A DNA stretch of 64,000 nucleotides from the human T2T-CHM13v2.0 reference genome, Homo sapiens. The notes under the pieces are model-generated. The model did no database searches and had not been told where the DNA came from. It saw only the letters and a program-made list of their open reading frames with translations. A program made the translations under genes and the position numbers. The stretch lies in the NCBI RefSeq assembly GCF_009914755.1, contig NC_060944.1. The stretch is one strand, 5' to 3'. Positions 1-18,815 of this stretch are shown piece after piece (within the stretch, counting starts at the first letter, position 1; each line of letters starts with the position of its first letter).

Positions 1-61
1 CCTGCACGTTGTGCACATGTACCCGAGAACTTAAAGTAAAATAATTAAAAAAAAAAAAAAA
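1..61 (+). mobile_element. 3' end and poly(A) tail of an L1PA element inserted into duplicon copy A
   Basis: CCTGCACGTTGTGCACATGTACCC..AACTTAAAGTA followed by an A tail is the L1PA 3' terminus. The paralogous site in copy B (~9205-9215) is uninterrupted. Confidence 0.9.
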
Positions 62-938
62 GATGAGGCTCAGGCAACACATGTCCCTTAAATCCAGTCT
101 ATGAGGGCACCACAAAGTCCTTATTCTTTGCAAATTCTAGCAGAGAGGTTGTACTAGTTTTGGAGAGAGGCCTCAAAAGCAAGATCCTGTTTCTTGACAC
201 AGCTTACCCTGGTGAAGCTCCCTGGCCAAGCACAAACTCCCAGGTCAAGCACAAACAGCCTTCACCAATGGCACCATCAGCCCTCAAAGAGGAGGTGGCA
301 CTAACACTGTAAGTGGGCAGCTGCTATGGTCTTCTGCTGCCTGGAGAGTTTTGCCTCCATCACTGCTGACCACCTGGGGAATTCCCAGGAACTACTCTTC
401 AAAGGTACACTCGGATGCCCCCTCTGCAAAGACATTTTGTTCCCTTACTGTACCTCTGAAATCATTTGTTATCCAAGCATTTGCAAATCCACCTGTCTTC
501 TGTGTGTGGCTTTCTGTGTGGCATATCTATGGACATTGAGGGTGAAAAACAAGAGGAAGACTCTGTTCCTTTTCTTAGGGAGCTCACAGTTCACTGGATA
601 AGACAGAAGGAAGCCATTGACTCTGAAAGGGAACAGGATGTGGCAAAGATGGGGCAGAGGGGTGAGCACAGAGGGGATCAAGAGAAGGGGGAGAAAGACC
701 ATTGTCATCAGTGCAGCCTTTCTGGGGAGCAATGTGTGAGCTGAGCTTTGAAAAAGAAATGAGGTTTTAAAAGAGTGTGGGAGGAGAGCCCTCCTGAGAT
801 GTATGGAGAGACCAGTGCCCCTCGTCCCTGCCACTCCCGCTCCTGCAGCTGTTCCCTTCTTCCCTCTGTCCCAGCTCAGCACAGTCACAACTCTCCAAAT
901 CATGACACTCAAAATGCCACATCTAAAAAGAACATCAT

Positions 939-1238
<300 letters not shown>

Positions 1239-1379
1239 TCCGAGTTCTGGGTGGGTGCCTCTGCTTCTTCTGACTTGACCGCCCCCTTCCCTGCTCTCTT
1301 TGTGTCTCATGTAGTTGTTTCCACTCACTCAACCTCCATACTCCCTGGACAGCACATGAAAAAAATTGCAACTCTGAAT

Positions 1380-1772
1380 CCCCATCTGCTTGTGTGTGAT
1401 TCGTATCCTCTGTGAGTCAACAAGGTGAATATATTCCTCATTTGGTTGCGGGATTTTTTAAAACGTCTCAAACAGTCTCTGCCCCCTGAGAAAGTAAATT
1501 CATTCACCTACAAAGAGAAAGGAAAGGGACAGCCATCCACCAATTGACTCCTGAGATTCCCTCTGCATCCTTCAACACTTATTGGGACTTACATGAAACA
1601 ATATGACAACTTTTTATTTCTATCAAACTACAGCTTTCTTCCTTGTATCTGAAGAAGTTGGCACCCTCTACACAGAATAGGAGAGCACAATTTCAACAGT
1701 TATTGCATACATCACTGACCATTCTTACTACTCCTCAAAATTCATTGCAGGTCCACCAAATGTTCTGTTTGT
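1380..1772 (-). pseudogene. Degenerate AMPK/MARK-family kinase-like remnant, copy A
   Basis: Paralogue of 30341-30740, with stops and frameshifts. Confidence 0.45.
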
Positions 1773-1941
1773 TGAAGATTAAATTATAAAATTAAATTTC
1801 AGCAATATGCATATATAATTAATGAACCCAGAGAAAAGATCAAAATGGTGAGCATATAATATAAATGTGTACATATTACAAAGAAAAAATATGGAAAGCT
1901 ACTATCATACTTACTTGTTTTTCTAATCTGTCATGAGGCCA

Positions 1942-3926
<1,985 letters not shown>

Positions 3927-4378
3927 TGTTGCCGGAGAGAGTGTCCTAAATGTGAGTTGTCCAGCCAGGATGTGGCCTGTATGCTGCACCTGCTGTTCTT
4001 GGTGTATTGGGCAAGGAACTGAACAAAATGCCAGTGTGGGCACAGATTTATTGAAGAAAATTCAGAGTGGGATTGGGCTTGAGCAAGCGGCTGCTCAAGA
4101 GCCCCCTCAATTACGGTTTTTATTAAAGAAAAAACCCGGCAACACCTCTCAGTGCCCTTCAGAGGCCTCCAATTGACCACACCTCATAAAGGATTGGCCT
4201 GAGACCAATCGGAGGCTGAAGTGGCTTGTTATCATGGGAGCAAGGATGTGGCCTATATGCTGCACCTGCTGTTCTTCTGCTCATTTGAACTGGCTGCACC
4301 TGCTGTTCTTCCACCCCTGCGGCACTGGCTGCACCAGCTGAAACCCTGGTTACCCTAATTCCCTATTCTCCTGCCTCA
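3927..4378 (-). mobile_element. ERV1-class 3' LTR
   Basis: TG...CA termini; on the minus strand it starts TGAGGCAGGAGAATAGGGAATTAGGGTAACC and is preceded by a purine tract. Same family as 18816-19312. Confidence 0.85.
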
Positions 4379-5518
4379 TTTCCCTCTGAGAGATATGATC
4401 CCCATAAATCTTTATGGGAGGCAAAAGGGCTGAAGATCAGTTTTCTGTAGCTACTTTCTACTGGTCATGGGCATTGTCCCTGCCTACTGAGGATCATGGC
4501 TCTCTATTCCTAAGTATTTAGGTGGGTATCCATGGGTTGCGGCAAGCCTTGTACGTGGTTATAAAAGGTACAGCTGGCTTGATCTAGTCACAACAGGTAA
4601 GTATTTTGGCCTGATTTTGAATTTTGTTCCAAAATTGGCTGAAACCCTTATACAAACATCTGTAAGTGAGAGAGCAAAAATCAGTTAACATTTTACACCA
4701 GGGAAAATTGGTAGGCATTTACTTATCTTTTGACTGTCTTTTAAATAGGTAGTTCAGGTCTTCTACGGGTTCACAGGTATAGTGGCTGGTGGGAGTCTCC
4801 GGTTCCAGGTCCAGGGCTTCAGATGTTGCAGGCTTAAACCTGGAAAGAGGTATCCAACTATCTAATCCTAGTACTTTGGCCATGGAAGGCATGGCCAACA
4901 CCAGTGAAAATAGTCCCTTCCATTAGGGTTGTAGTTGTTGAGCAGGTGACTCCTCATTCCATGTTTTAACAAGTACCTTATCTCCTGGCCTGACCTTGGT
5001 TTGCTGGTTAGTTCCTGGTGCGGGGAGCCTTTGAGTTCCAAACTCTTGCGAGACCTGCTGAAACTGTCCTAGGTTAACTAGGTATTTTATTAACTCAGCC
5101 GTTTCTGGATCAGTAATTAGATCATTAGTTAAAATGGCCTCCCATATAACATTTTATATGGGCTTATATTAATTTTTGCTCTTGGAGAATAATGGTTTCT
5201 TAAGAGGGCTATGGGCAGTAAGTTGATCCAAGTTTCTGATGTTTCCTGACATAGCTTAGCTAATGCCAGTTTTAGAGTTTGATTAGCCCTTTCTACTTTC
5301 CCTGAGGATTGAGGCCTCCATGCTGAGTGTAAATAGTATTTAATTCTGAGAGCCTTAGCAACCCTTTGAGTTATTTGGGAGGCAGAAGACAAGCGATTAT
5401 CACTTTGGAGGCTTTGGGGCAACCCAAACCAGGGGATTATTTCCTTCAAGAGAACCTTGATAACCGCATTAGCCTTATTCCGTTCTGATAGGGTAGGCTT
5501 CAACCCAGCCAGTAAAGT
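4379..5518 (-). mobile_element. ERV1 internal fragment with integrase remnant, 5'-truncated
   Basis: ORF 5129-5503 reads EIIPWFGLPQSLQSDN...HSAWRPQSSGKVERANQTLK, a gammaretrovirus-like integrase core. Confidence 0.9.
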
Positions 5519-8500
5519 TGCTTCATTCTCTCCTCGACTCCAACTGTCTTTCTGGAATCAGGTGCAGTTTGCTCACAGGGTCTTAGAGTAACTGTCTTCC
5601 CAAATCTCACCCTCCTTTGTGATGTACTCCTCCCAGTCTTTTTTTTTTTTTTAATTGGATTCTACTTCTTTGGATGATGCATGCTGGTGTTTTCAAAAGG
5701 TTCCTGACTAGTTGTGTCCTTTATAAAATAATCTGATAATATTTTAGCTTCTTCCTGAATTTTGTAGCATATTTTTGAGCTTCTGCTGAACCCATTTTTG
5801 AGTCTCATGACATTTTCCATGTATGGAATTGTGCCAATAGAAACAAAATGTGGTCATATAGCCTCCCCCAACACTTCAACCAAACTGGTTTACGTCAGAT
5901 CCTGGCAGCTTCTGCTGTCATTGGATCTCAGTGAGGCCTTTGCACCCATTCCCTCCCTTTGTGATTCATCCACGGACATCTCTCTCCATTGATTTGAGAA
6001 CCATCTCAGCAATATTCCTTGCCTTATTCCAGTTCTCACTCCATCTCACTGCCTGCTGTTTCCTGTGAAATAAAGAAATGTCCCACACTTTAGAGAGTAA
6101 AACAAAAATTGGGGCTTAGAGAGGGTGGACTTGTCAAGAAGACACAGAGCTGTGAGTGTGGTAAGCCCTTAAAATGGGCTCAATGACATCGCTGCCTCCC
6201 AGGGATCCCTAATGTCTAAGAGTCCCAGTGAGCTGGGATGAACCCAGGGCCCAAGACGTGCTGTCTGACCCTCCCACCTCCAAAAGCACACCCAGTGCAC
6301 ATGGCATGAGGCTTCCATGGTGATGGTAAAGAAACGTCATCTGCCATCTCTCCCATTACTGCCGTGTCCCGTTACTGCTGAGTTGCCTGTCATCCCATTC
6401 TGTGCTGAGTGTCCAGATGTGATCAATAGAATCAAGGGGAAATGTTCTGAGAGGAAAGGGCCTGGAGTCAGACCAGGGGCTTTGAGCGCTGAGCTCAGAG
6501 CCTTCAAACCCGGGGAGCTCAACAGCAGTGCCAAGAAGAATGGGGGACATTGGGGTTTGAGTTTATGTTTGGAAGAATATAAGCATGACTTGGAGACTCC
6601 TATGTTCTTGTGTCCCCAGAAAGCAGAGCTAGGAGCCGCTGGAGGGAAGATTGGTGCTAGAAGTTCATGTGAGAACAGGGCAGACCCCTGCATAAATGCG
6701 GGGCGGGCGGGGCGGGGGAGGTCTCCCAGGCACTGCGGGTGTTTGAATCAAGGCCCAAACCCTGTGGCAGGAGTACTCTCAGGGAACTCAAACATTTATT
6801 TTACTAGGGCTTTAACATGAAGTATCAGTTCTTAAGAAAATCCACAACATGTGAGTGAAAATCTCATTTAATCGGCTATGAGATGTTATACAGGTGGAAA
6901 ACTGGGTTAAGTGTTAAATTGTTATCACCAAATTGTTGCAACAAATTACCAATGCAGCAATCATGCATAGCTGTAAGGGCTCAAGTAATGGAGGGGGTGG
7001 CCAGCACCCTGGCAGAGGGAGACAGCACAGAAGGTCTTTGTGACTCAGGTCATAGAATGGAAAATGGTTTTGTGGGCAGACAATGAGAAAAGGGGGACAG
7101 AGTAGCTGTGTCCTGAAATAAAGCCTCTTAGGTGTTATTTGACCATTTGTTTCTCCATGTGAATGTGTAACTTTGATTTTAAAAATAAATAGAAAAGAGC
7201 CTCTTTCCTGACAACACCCGATCCCTGAGCCCCACAGATGGTGTTCTGGTTTCTTGCAGGAGTTTCTCTTCCCGCCTGCCTGCTCCCTTTTAGGACAAAC
7301 CCACCAGCAAGGAGGTCTTCTAGCTCTTATTGTGTGTGTTCTCCTGCTGGTCCTGGCTTTGGCCCCAGGGACCTCTGGGTTCCCTCAGCTGCACTTCCAT
7401 CCAGCCTCAGTGCATAGGACTCTGTGCCTGACCTCCTCCAGGCGGGGCTGCTGCCCCCAGGTGTCCAGCTGGTACGGAGCTCCCGTGGCAGCTCTCCTCT
7501 GATGACCGAGTGTGCTGGGGATGCTAAGGCTGACTTGTTGCTGGCACAGCCAAACCTTCTTTGCTGACTGTTTCAAAGACTCCCTAAAGGCTCCACGTAT
7601 TTTCCTTAGAACACAGTCCTGAGCAGTCCCACCCATCCTCTTCCCCTCTCTCCCCCACACTGGGGGTCACACTTGCTTCATGGTCTAGTGGCTTACCCAG
7701 TTTTTTCTCATTCTTTTCATTATGTCTGTTCCCTCCTAAAACCCCTGCAATTTAGTTTTGGCGTCTGTTTCTCAGAGGAGCTCGGTAACAGACTCCACAC
7801 TCTCTTCTCCCAGTCCCTGCTGCCCCTGTGGCAAGGTGGGCAGTTGGGGACAACAGAGCCGGCTTCCCTTGTCCAAAGCATAAGCTATTCCTTAGCAAAA
7901 TGGAGCGCCGCCCCCGCAGCTAAGGGCTGCATTTCTCCTTGTTCCTGCTAGTCACATCCAGCACATCTGGGCTATCACTCTTGATGGCAACATTAGATTG
8001 GGGCCCACTGTGGTCATAACAGGGGTGGACCAGGTGGCAGAGTCTTCAGTCACCATGGAAACCCCGGCATCCAGTGCTAACAGGTATTTTAGAATAGAGG
8101 CTCAGATGCTCGCAGATGCGGCCCCAATCCTCCGCCCCCTCCCTGCAGCTGCTGGGCAGGCCTCCTGGGCTCATCACTGCCTTCTGGCAGGGCCTCAGTG
8201 GCAGCTTGCTCTGGAAGGCATCCTGACTCTGGGTTCAGGAGCTTGCTGGGCTTCTGCTTGAAAGTTTGAGGTTAGAATGTCACCTTTTCTGAGTTACATT
8301 TTTCTGCTGCAGATTTTGGACATTTCCTGAGGGACACTGAATACATGGGAGTTGATGGAGGGGAGGAAGGAGGGGCTAGAAGGAAGGAAAGGGCTATCAC
8401 TGGGTGGGCCCTCTGGGACAGGGCGTAGCGCAGGGACAGTGCTAGGGGGACTTCACACGGAGGAATGAGGGGTGGGATGCAGTGACATCACAAGGGTCCC

Positions 8501-10189
8501 ATTATGACCCCTCCTCCATCAGCTAAGGGGGGATGGGCTGAGCCTGAACAGAGGGAGAGGGGAGTAAATAAGGGGCTGTTGCCAGAGCCTGAGCCCACCA
8601 GAGAAAGTCTGTGTGCAGAGGGAGGGCCTCAGGTCCTGCTGCTCCTTCATCTTGACCCCTTCACACCCTCCTCTAACAGGGACCTCGACCTCCCTTCTCC
8701 ACTCTCCTGGATCCTGCTCAGTGTGGTGCAGGCCTTCTCTGGGGCCCTGGAGTTCCCACTGACCTTCAGCCCCGCCAGTTGCATCTGCTGTTCCCACTGA
8801 AGGTTAGTGGACAGGGTGGAGGTGGCTAAAGGTGGAAAAGATACTTTGTGAGAGGGGGACCCCAACACGAGGACAGGGCACTGACGGAGCCTTTACCAAA
8901 ATGCTGGGAAAGGTCTCCCCACCATCCACATATTCTCTCCCAGGCCTCAAAGGGCCCTCCCCAGTCTCCAGCTGTCAGCTTTCCCACCTCCACCTTCTCT
9001 CCTCCTTTCGGTTCTGCTTCTGAATTTCTTCAAAAATTCTCCTGCATCAAGACTCTCATGCTAGTCAGTTCCTGCCTGGGGTCACCAGACTGCTTCGAAG
9101 TCAGGAAGAACATGGTGGGGACGGTGACTTGAGTTTCCTGGACCACAGTGCAGGTGAGAAATGCACCCTACAGAGTGAAAAGGCACAGTGTCATCGTAAG
9201 GTCATTTTAAAGATGGAACTTAGACAACAGATGTCCCATAAATCCAGTCTATGAGGACACCACAAAGACTGTATCTTTTGCAAATTCTAGAAGAGAGGTT
9301 GTACTAGATTGGGAGAAAGCCCTAAAGAACAAGATCCTGTTTCTTGACACAGTTTACCCTGAAGATGCTCACTGGCCGAGCACGAACTCCCAGGTCGAGC
9401 ACAAACAGCCCTCAGAGAGGAGGTGGCACTAACACTCTAGGCGGGTGGCTGCTCTTTGGTCTTCTTCTGCCTGGAGAGCTTTGCCTCCATCACTGGTGAC
9501 CACCTGGGGAATTCCTTAGTGTACTCAGGGGAATTCCTGAGTGTACCCTTCAAAGGTACACTCGGATGCCCCCTCTGCAAAGACATTTTGTTCCCTTACT
9601 GTACCTCTGAAATCATTTGTATCCAAGCATTTGCAAATCCACCTGTCTTCTGTGTGTGGCTTTCTATATGGCATATCTATAGACATTGAGGGTGAAAAGC
9701 AAGGGTAAGACTCTGTTCCTTTTCTTAGGGAGCTCACAGTTCACTAGATGAGACAGAAGGAAGCCACTGACTCTGAAAGGGAACAGGATGTGGCAAAGAT
9801 GGGGCAGAGGGGTGAGCACAGAGGGGATCAAGAGAAGGGGGAGAAAGACCACTGTCATCAGTGCAGCCTTTCTGGGGAGCAATGTGTGAGCTGAGCTTTG
9901 GAGAAGAAATGAGGTTTTAAAGAGTGTGGGAGAAGAGTCTTCCAAGGACTCTTCTTGGAAGACCAATGTCCCCTCCTCCCTGCCATTCCCCCTCCTGCAG
10001 CTGTTCCCTTCTTCCCTCTGTCCTTGCTCAGCACGGTCACAACGACTCTCCAAATCATGATGCTCAAAACGCCACATCTAAAAAGAACATCCGGGTAGGT
10101 GCCTCTGCTTCTTCTGACTTGGCCTCCCTTCCCTGCCCTCTTTGTGTCTCATGTAGTTCTTTCCCCTCACCCAACCTCCAAACTCCCTC

Positions 10190-10934
10190 TACAGCAGATG
10201 AAAAAATTTACATTTCCGAATCCCCATCTGCTTTTGTATGATTTGTATCCTCTGTGAGTCCACAAGGTGAACATATTCCTCAATTGGTTGTGATTTTTTT
10301 TTTTTTTTTGAGATGGAGTCTTGCTCTGTCACCCAGGCTGGAGTGCAATGGCACAGTCTAGGCTCACTGTAACCTCCACCTCCCCAGTTCAAGCTATTCT
10401 CCTGCCTCAGCCTCCCGAGTAGCTGGGACTACTGGTGCGTGTCACTACACCCAGCTAATTTTTGTATTTTTAGTTAGATACAGGCTTTCACCGTGTTGGC
10501 CAGGCTGGTCTCAAACTCTTGACCGCGTGATCCACCCGCCTCGGCCTCCCAAAATGCTGGGATTACAGGCATGAGCCACCGTGCCTACCCAGTTGTGGAA
10601 TTTTTTAAAACATCTGCAACAGACTCTGCCCCTAAGAAAGTAAATTCAGTCACCTACAAAGAGAAAGGAAAGGGACAGCCATCTACCATTTGACTACTGA
10701 ATTTCCATCTGCACCTTTCAATGTTTACTAGGACTTACATGAAACTATGTTTCAAAATACACCTTTCTTTTTATTTCTGTCAAACAAAATACACCTTTCT
10801 TCCTTGTATCTGAAAAAGTTGGCACCCTCTCTACAGAACAGGAGACGCACAGTTCCAACAGTTATTGTATACATCACTGACCATATTAATGACTCCACAA
10901 AATCAATCCTGGGTCCACCAAACATTCTGTTACC
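10190..10934 (-). pseudogene. Degenerate AMPK/MARK-family kinase-like remnant, copy B (Alu-interrupted)
   Basis: Minus strand translates GNRMFGGPRIDFVESLIWSVMYTITVGTVRLLFCREGANFFRYKEER and later [20 protein letters not shown]. Compare MARK [30 protein letters not shown] and its UBA region. Confidence 0.55.
10294..10590 (-). mobile_element. AluS, specific to copy B
   Basis: Full Alu with poly(T), flanked by GTTGTG repeats; absent from copies A, C and D. Confidence 0.95.
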
Positions 10935-11185
10935 TGAAGCCTAACTTATAAAATTAAACTTCAACAACATGAATATACAACAAATGAACAGAGAGAAAAG
11001 ATCAAATTGGTGAGCATATAATATAAATGTGTACGTATTACAAAGAAAAAATACAGAAAGCTACTACATATCTGTTTCTGTAATTTGTCATGAGGCTGTA
11101 ATACCATTAAAATTTTTTAATTAATTAATTTATTTTTCACCACACTTCTTTTGCTTTGTGGATTCAGGCCATGATGGATACAATG

Positions 11186-13800
<2,615 letters not shown>

Positions 13801-13849
13801 AGTAAAGATACAAAAGCCATTTTTTGATTTAGATTGTTTATTATGTACG

Positions 13850-13922
13850 TAGACGTAGACACTGAAAGGAAGAATAGTCAAAGGTGACAGCTCCCTGTGG
13901 TTCTTGTCCCCCAACCACATCC

Positions 13923-13970
<48 letters not shown>

Positions 13971-16900
13971 ACACACGAAACTGAAATGAAAGGAGCCAGA
14001 TGACTGCAAGACAAGTTGGAGGGTACCCACTGCTGAGGATCCAATTCTGCAACTCTGTTATGCAACTCTATTCTGAAGAGGGTGGGGTAGAAAGCCTCAT
14101 ACCTCATCAGAACCCAAGAGGCAATATCAGCCTCTTAGCATATATACAGGAGTGGGAAATGGCCTTACAGCAGCTCCTTATAGGCCTCTCACCCTGTGTT
14201 CCAGGAGGATAACAGGGTGTTCTGCCAAGAGTCAGATTACCTGTGATCCGTGCCTTTACCCAGAAGGCCTGTGTGGATATGTGCAAGGTTGTCAGGGTGC
14301 AAGGTGGGGGCATTCCCCTACAACTTCATGCGCCACCTCCTGCTTGTTCACATATGCAGTGAAGAATTCTTGGTAGCATAGGCCACCATTATTACATTCT
14401 TTAAGTAACTGTAAACGTATCAGACCAAGTCTGTTCTGTTTGTCTTGGGCAAAATTAGATGAGAGTGATCATGCTATTACATTAGTGCAATCAGACCATA
14501 GCCAGATGCCACATCTGGAGTTAAGCCAGTGAAATATGTTACTAACCCAGGTGCAGCATGAGGTGTTATCAACCACACACCTCCCACACTCACTGGCCAG
14601 CAGGAAGTCCAGGGCAATATGATTGTCCATTATCACTCATGCTACAGAGTTTAGAATAGTCGGTGAAAAGCATATTAAAAATTCTAACAACATGAGTGTC
14701 TGCAAAGTTAACCTTGTTCTTCCACGTCACTGGAAGCTATTTCCTGGTGCCAAGGGCTATTGGGAGGGTTCTGATTAAGATTCTATGCTGGCCAGCAGTG
14801 GAGGGTGGTGGTGGCACTCTGGGTTAAATTGGCCAGATGCCCTGCAGACAACTCCCACCACCCCTGACACTCCAGGGCCCAAGATGTTCTCTCCTCACAT
14901 CAACCAGGGTTGCTCTTCTCCTTGCACAGCTGGGTGGTCAGTATGACCAGTCCTTGCAGCATTCACTTCACTGTGTTTGCAGCTCTTCCCACATCTAGCC
15001 AACACCACACATTCAGACTCATCCTTAAGTGGCTCAGGAGTTTCTTCCTTATATACTTTGTACCACCCTAAAAACTCTCTCTTCCCCACTGATGCACTGA
15101 GGTCCACCAGAACTACCTTAGGAATTGCCACCTCATATTCATGATCATTATCATCAATGTCCATAACTGCCTAAATTCAGTAAGCATAGCCAGACAGCAA
15201 AAGATGTACCATATTAGAGTCACCTATTCTCTGGCTCATTTTTGCTACTCCGAAATTCCAGTAGCTCAGAAGTAGACACAGAAGATAGTGCAAGAAGTGT
15301 TAATTATGTGGTTTGGGAATTTTATAGGCTGCCTGGGCCTCCTCTGTTCCAATCTGTCACAAATTCTATTTAAATATAATAGAAGGTACCATTTCAGGGA
15401 ACTGCCACATTTTTTGCCCAAAGTGCCTTCATGATGATTATGCTCCACTTGGTGCATAGGCTTCACTGTTAGTTACCTTTATCCGTTTCTCTTTAAGGGC
15501 AGCACATTCCATCTTTTAATGGCTCCTGGCACCAGGGCAGTACAGGTCTCCTGATCAGCTTGTGGATTTCAGTGATGTCCATTATTGAAGGGTCTTTTTT
15601 CTTGGCATCCACAAGTGTCACAAACCGGGGGTTGAAATCTTGTGCAATCTGCACCATAATATTTGTCCTCATGGAAGCTACAACTTGATCGTCCAGTCAT
15701 CTCATCACCAGCACCACACTGCCAATTCCACTGTTGACTGCCCACAAGTCAGTGAATTGTAACAAGGTGCATTTTGGGGGCAGGGTGGTGTTTCTAGGGC
15801 AAGTGTTGGCCGGCAACTCCACCAACTGAGCAGAGTTCCTTTTTCCATGCAGTTTTGGGCAATTTCCTTTGGGGCTCCACAGCAGCAGCAGCCCAATATC
15901 CCCCACTGGTCTTGAACTTAGCTGACCCATCTGTGAACCAAGCCCAGGTATCCTCAAGGACTTCAGTGCACTAAAGTCCCCAAGAAGCCCACGGTGCTGG
16001 CACAGATCCTGTGTCTGAGACAGCCACATCTAGAGGGTGACTAGGCACTTTTTCATGTAGCTGTGAGATGCCATTAATGTCTAGTTTACTTCTTTCCTGG
16101 ATGTAACACCTCCATTAGTAATGGATGCTTGTCGGGCAATATCCACTTTGTTAGACTTCTCATTTCTGCCCCACCCCAGGATAGGGATGTTGGCGTGTAA
16201 CAACACGTACTGTTACTCCCGCTTATGTACTTGTGCCTCTCCATTGTTCTACTTTGTATTTTCTTACAGGGAATGTCCTTTACAGTTAAACATAGTATTA
16301 CATACACACTCTACATGTATTCCCACAATACATTCAGCATTATTAATTACAGCCACTCCAGTGTATATTGGCACAAAAGGGCCCACCCACAAAGATATAT
16401 CAGCCCATTGTTCAGAGTTACTTCCAAATCCAGTTAATTTTTCAAAATGGGCATAGACATTTCTTGGCATGTCCATGACTTGTGACCCTGTGTCCAGAAG
16501 AATTGACATGTTTGGCAACCTTGGTTGGCATCAAGTCTCTGACACACCTTGCCGGGCATAAGGCCTCACGTTTTATTATGGACTGAAGTTCCTCAGCCTC
16601 TGCCCTGATGCAGTTTATTCTTGAAGAGTTTGAAGTCAGGGTAGAAGGTGGAGTTAGATGCATTAGATACATCCCTGTCCTCACAGCACAGACCTCAGCA
16701 TGGAGATTCAGGTCTTTCTGGTCATCCTGCAGTTTCTTCACAGTCAGCACCAAAGCTGCTCAGGCATCTTCTCCTGATAACTGCTCAGAGCTTTAAGTGT
16801 GTTTGCCCTCTCATGGACTGATAAGAGAGAATTTCCCTCATGGGAAGTTCATCAGTATCTGCTCTTTGGGAATCACCTGGCATTGTAGCCATGTCCACAT

Positions 16901-17140
16901 GGTCCTATGGTTTGGATCTTTGGTTAGATTTTTCTTCCTCCTTATCCTGAAGGCATTTCCCTTGGTGCCTGGAAAGGGCTCACTCAGTGGGCCTCGGCTG
17001 CTCAAACCCTGCATATTCCCCAGAAAAGCCTGTCTTCAGGACTGGACTTTGGTGATTTAGGTCACTCATATTAGACAAAGACCTGAGACAAATTGAGGTT
17101 CTCAGTGAGGACCGGGAAAATATGGAATGGGTAGTGAAAC
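13850..17140 (-). mobile_element. Second old class-III-like ERV remnant (protease, RT trace, env TM trace, probable LTR at the left end)
   Basis: LLDTG protease motif and ECIVGI (16264-16518); env immunosuppressive-domain-like LNSVA*VIMDNHIALDFLLA at ~14595-14655. Confidence 0.65.
13925..13976. repeat. (CA)n microsatellite
   Basis: About 26 AC units with one interruption. Confidence 0.99.
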
Positions 17141-17417
17141 AAGAAAACAAACGTACCATCATGGCCTGATTCCACAAAATAAAAGAAGCGTAGTGAAAAG
17201 AATAAATATTTTTAAAATAAATTTTTATATTTTTTAAATATATTTTTTAAAAGGTGTCGTGGCCTCATGATAAATTACAAAATCAAGTGTGGTAGTAGCT
17301 TTGCATATTTGTAATATGTACACATTAATATTATACGCTCACCACTTTTATTTTTCTCTCCATTCATTTGTTGTATATACATGTTGTTGGAGTTTAATCT
17401 TACAATGTAGTCTTAAG

Positions 17418-17830
17418 GTAACAGAATATTTGGTGGACCTATGATGGATTTTGAGGAGTGACTAATATGGTCAGTGATGTATACAATAACTGTTGGAACT
17501 GTGCATCTCCTTATTCGGTGTAGAGGGTGCAAACTTCTTTACATACAAGGAAGAAAGTTCTGTTTTGTTTGATAGGAATAAGAGTTGTCACACTGTTTCA
17601 TGAAAGTTCTAATAAGTGTCGAAGGGTGCAGGTGGAAACTCAGTAGTCAAATGGTGGATGGCTGTCCTTTCCTTTCTCTTTGTAGGTGCATGAATTTACT
17701 TTCTCAGTGGCAGTGTGTATTTTAGACGTTTTAAACATTCCATAACGAAATATGAGGAATATGTTCACCTTGTTGACTCAAAAAGTATTTAGATCATAGA
17801 CAAGCAGATATAGGATTCAGAGATACAAAT
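17418..17830 (+). pseudogene. Degenerate AMPK/MARK-family kinase-like remnant, copy C
   Basis: GNRIFGGPMMDFEE*LIWSVMYTITVGTV...; RCMN; [12 protein letters not shown]; multiple stops. Confidence 0.5.
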
Positions 17831-18110
17831 TTTTCATCTTCTGTCAAAGGAGTGTGGAGGCTGGAAAGAATTACATCCAAAAGAGAAGGGAGGACGAGTC
17901 AGAAGAGGGCAGAGAAGGGAGGTCAATTCAGAAGAAGCAGAGGCACCAACCCTGATGTTCTTTTTAGAAGTGGCATTTTGAGTGTCATGATTTGGAGAGT
18001 CGCTGTGGCTGTTCCAAGCAAGGAGAGAGGGGAGAAGGAAACAGCTACAGGAGGAGGAGCAGCAGGGAGGAGGGGCATTGGCCATTCCATACTGCTCTGG
18101 AAGGCTCTTC

Positions 18111-18518
<408 letters not shown>

Positions 18519-18815
18519 TCCTTATTTCTTCTCCAAAGCTCAACTCACACATTGCTCCCCAGAAAGGTTGCACTGATGACAATGGTTTGTCTCCCCTTTC
18601 TCTTGATCCTGTCTGTGCTCACTCCTCTGCCCCATCTTTGCCACACTCTGTTTCCTTTCAGAGTCGGTGGCTTCCTTCTGTCTCATCCAGTGAACTGAGA
18701 GCTCCTTAAGGAACAGAGTCTTACTCTTGTGTTTCACCTTCAATGTCTATAGTTATGCCACATAGAAAGCCACACACAGAAGACAGATAGATTTGCAAGT
18801 TCTGGGATAACAAAC

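Larger units (their letters stand above)
5519..11185 (+). repeat. Locus-specific duplicon copy B (most complete)
   Basis: Reverse complement aligns along its length with copies C and D; the distal part is a direct repeat of copy A. Confidence 0.95.

Noticed and set aside
326-601. Cys-rich ORF with GCPLCK suggesting a RING finger
   Set aside because: There is no complete RING spacing and the frame is not maintained across copies B-D.
7254-7502. Signal-peptide-like hydrophobic stretch LLALIVCVLLLVLALAPG
   Set aside because: It has no ATG start, and the paralogous copies carry frame-changing indels.
7499-7567. TGATGA...CTGA, a possible C/D-box snoRNA in each unit
   Set aside because: There is no terminal stem and the D box is not kept in copy C.
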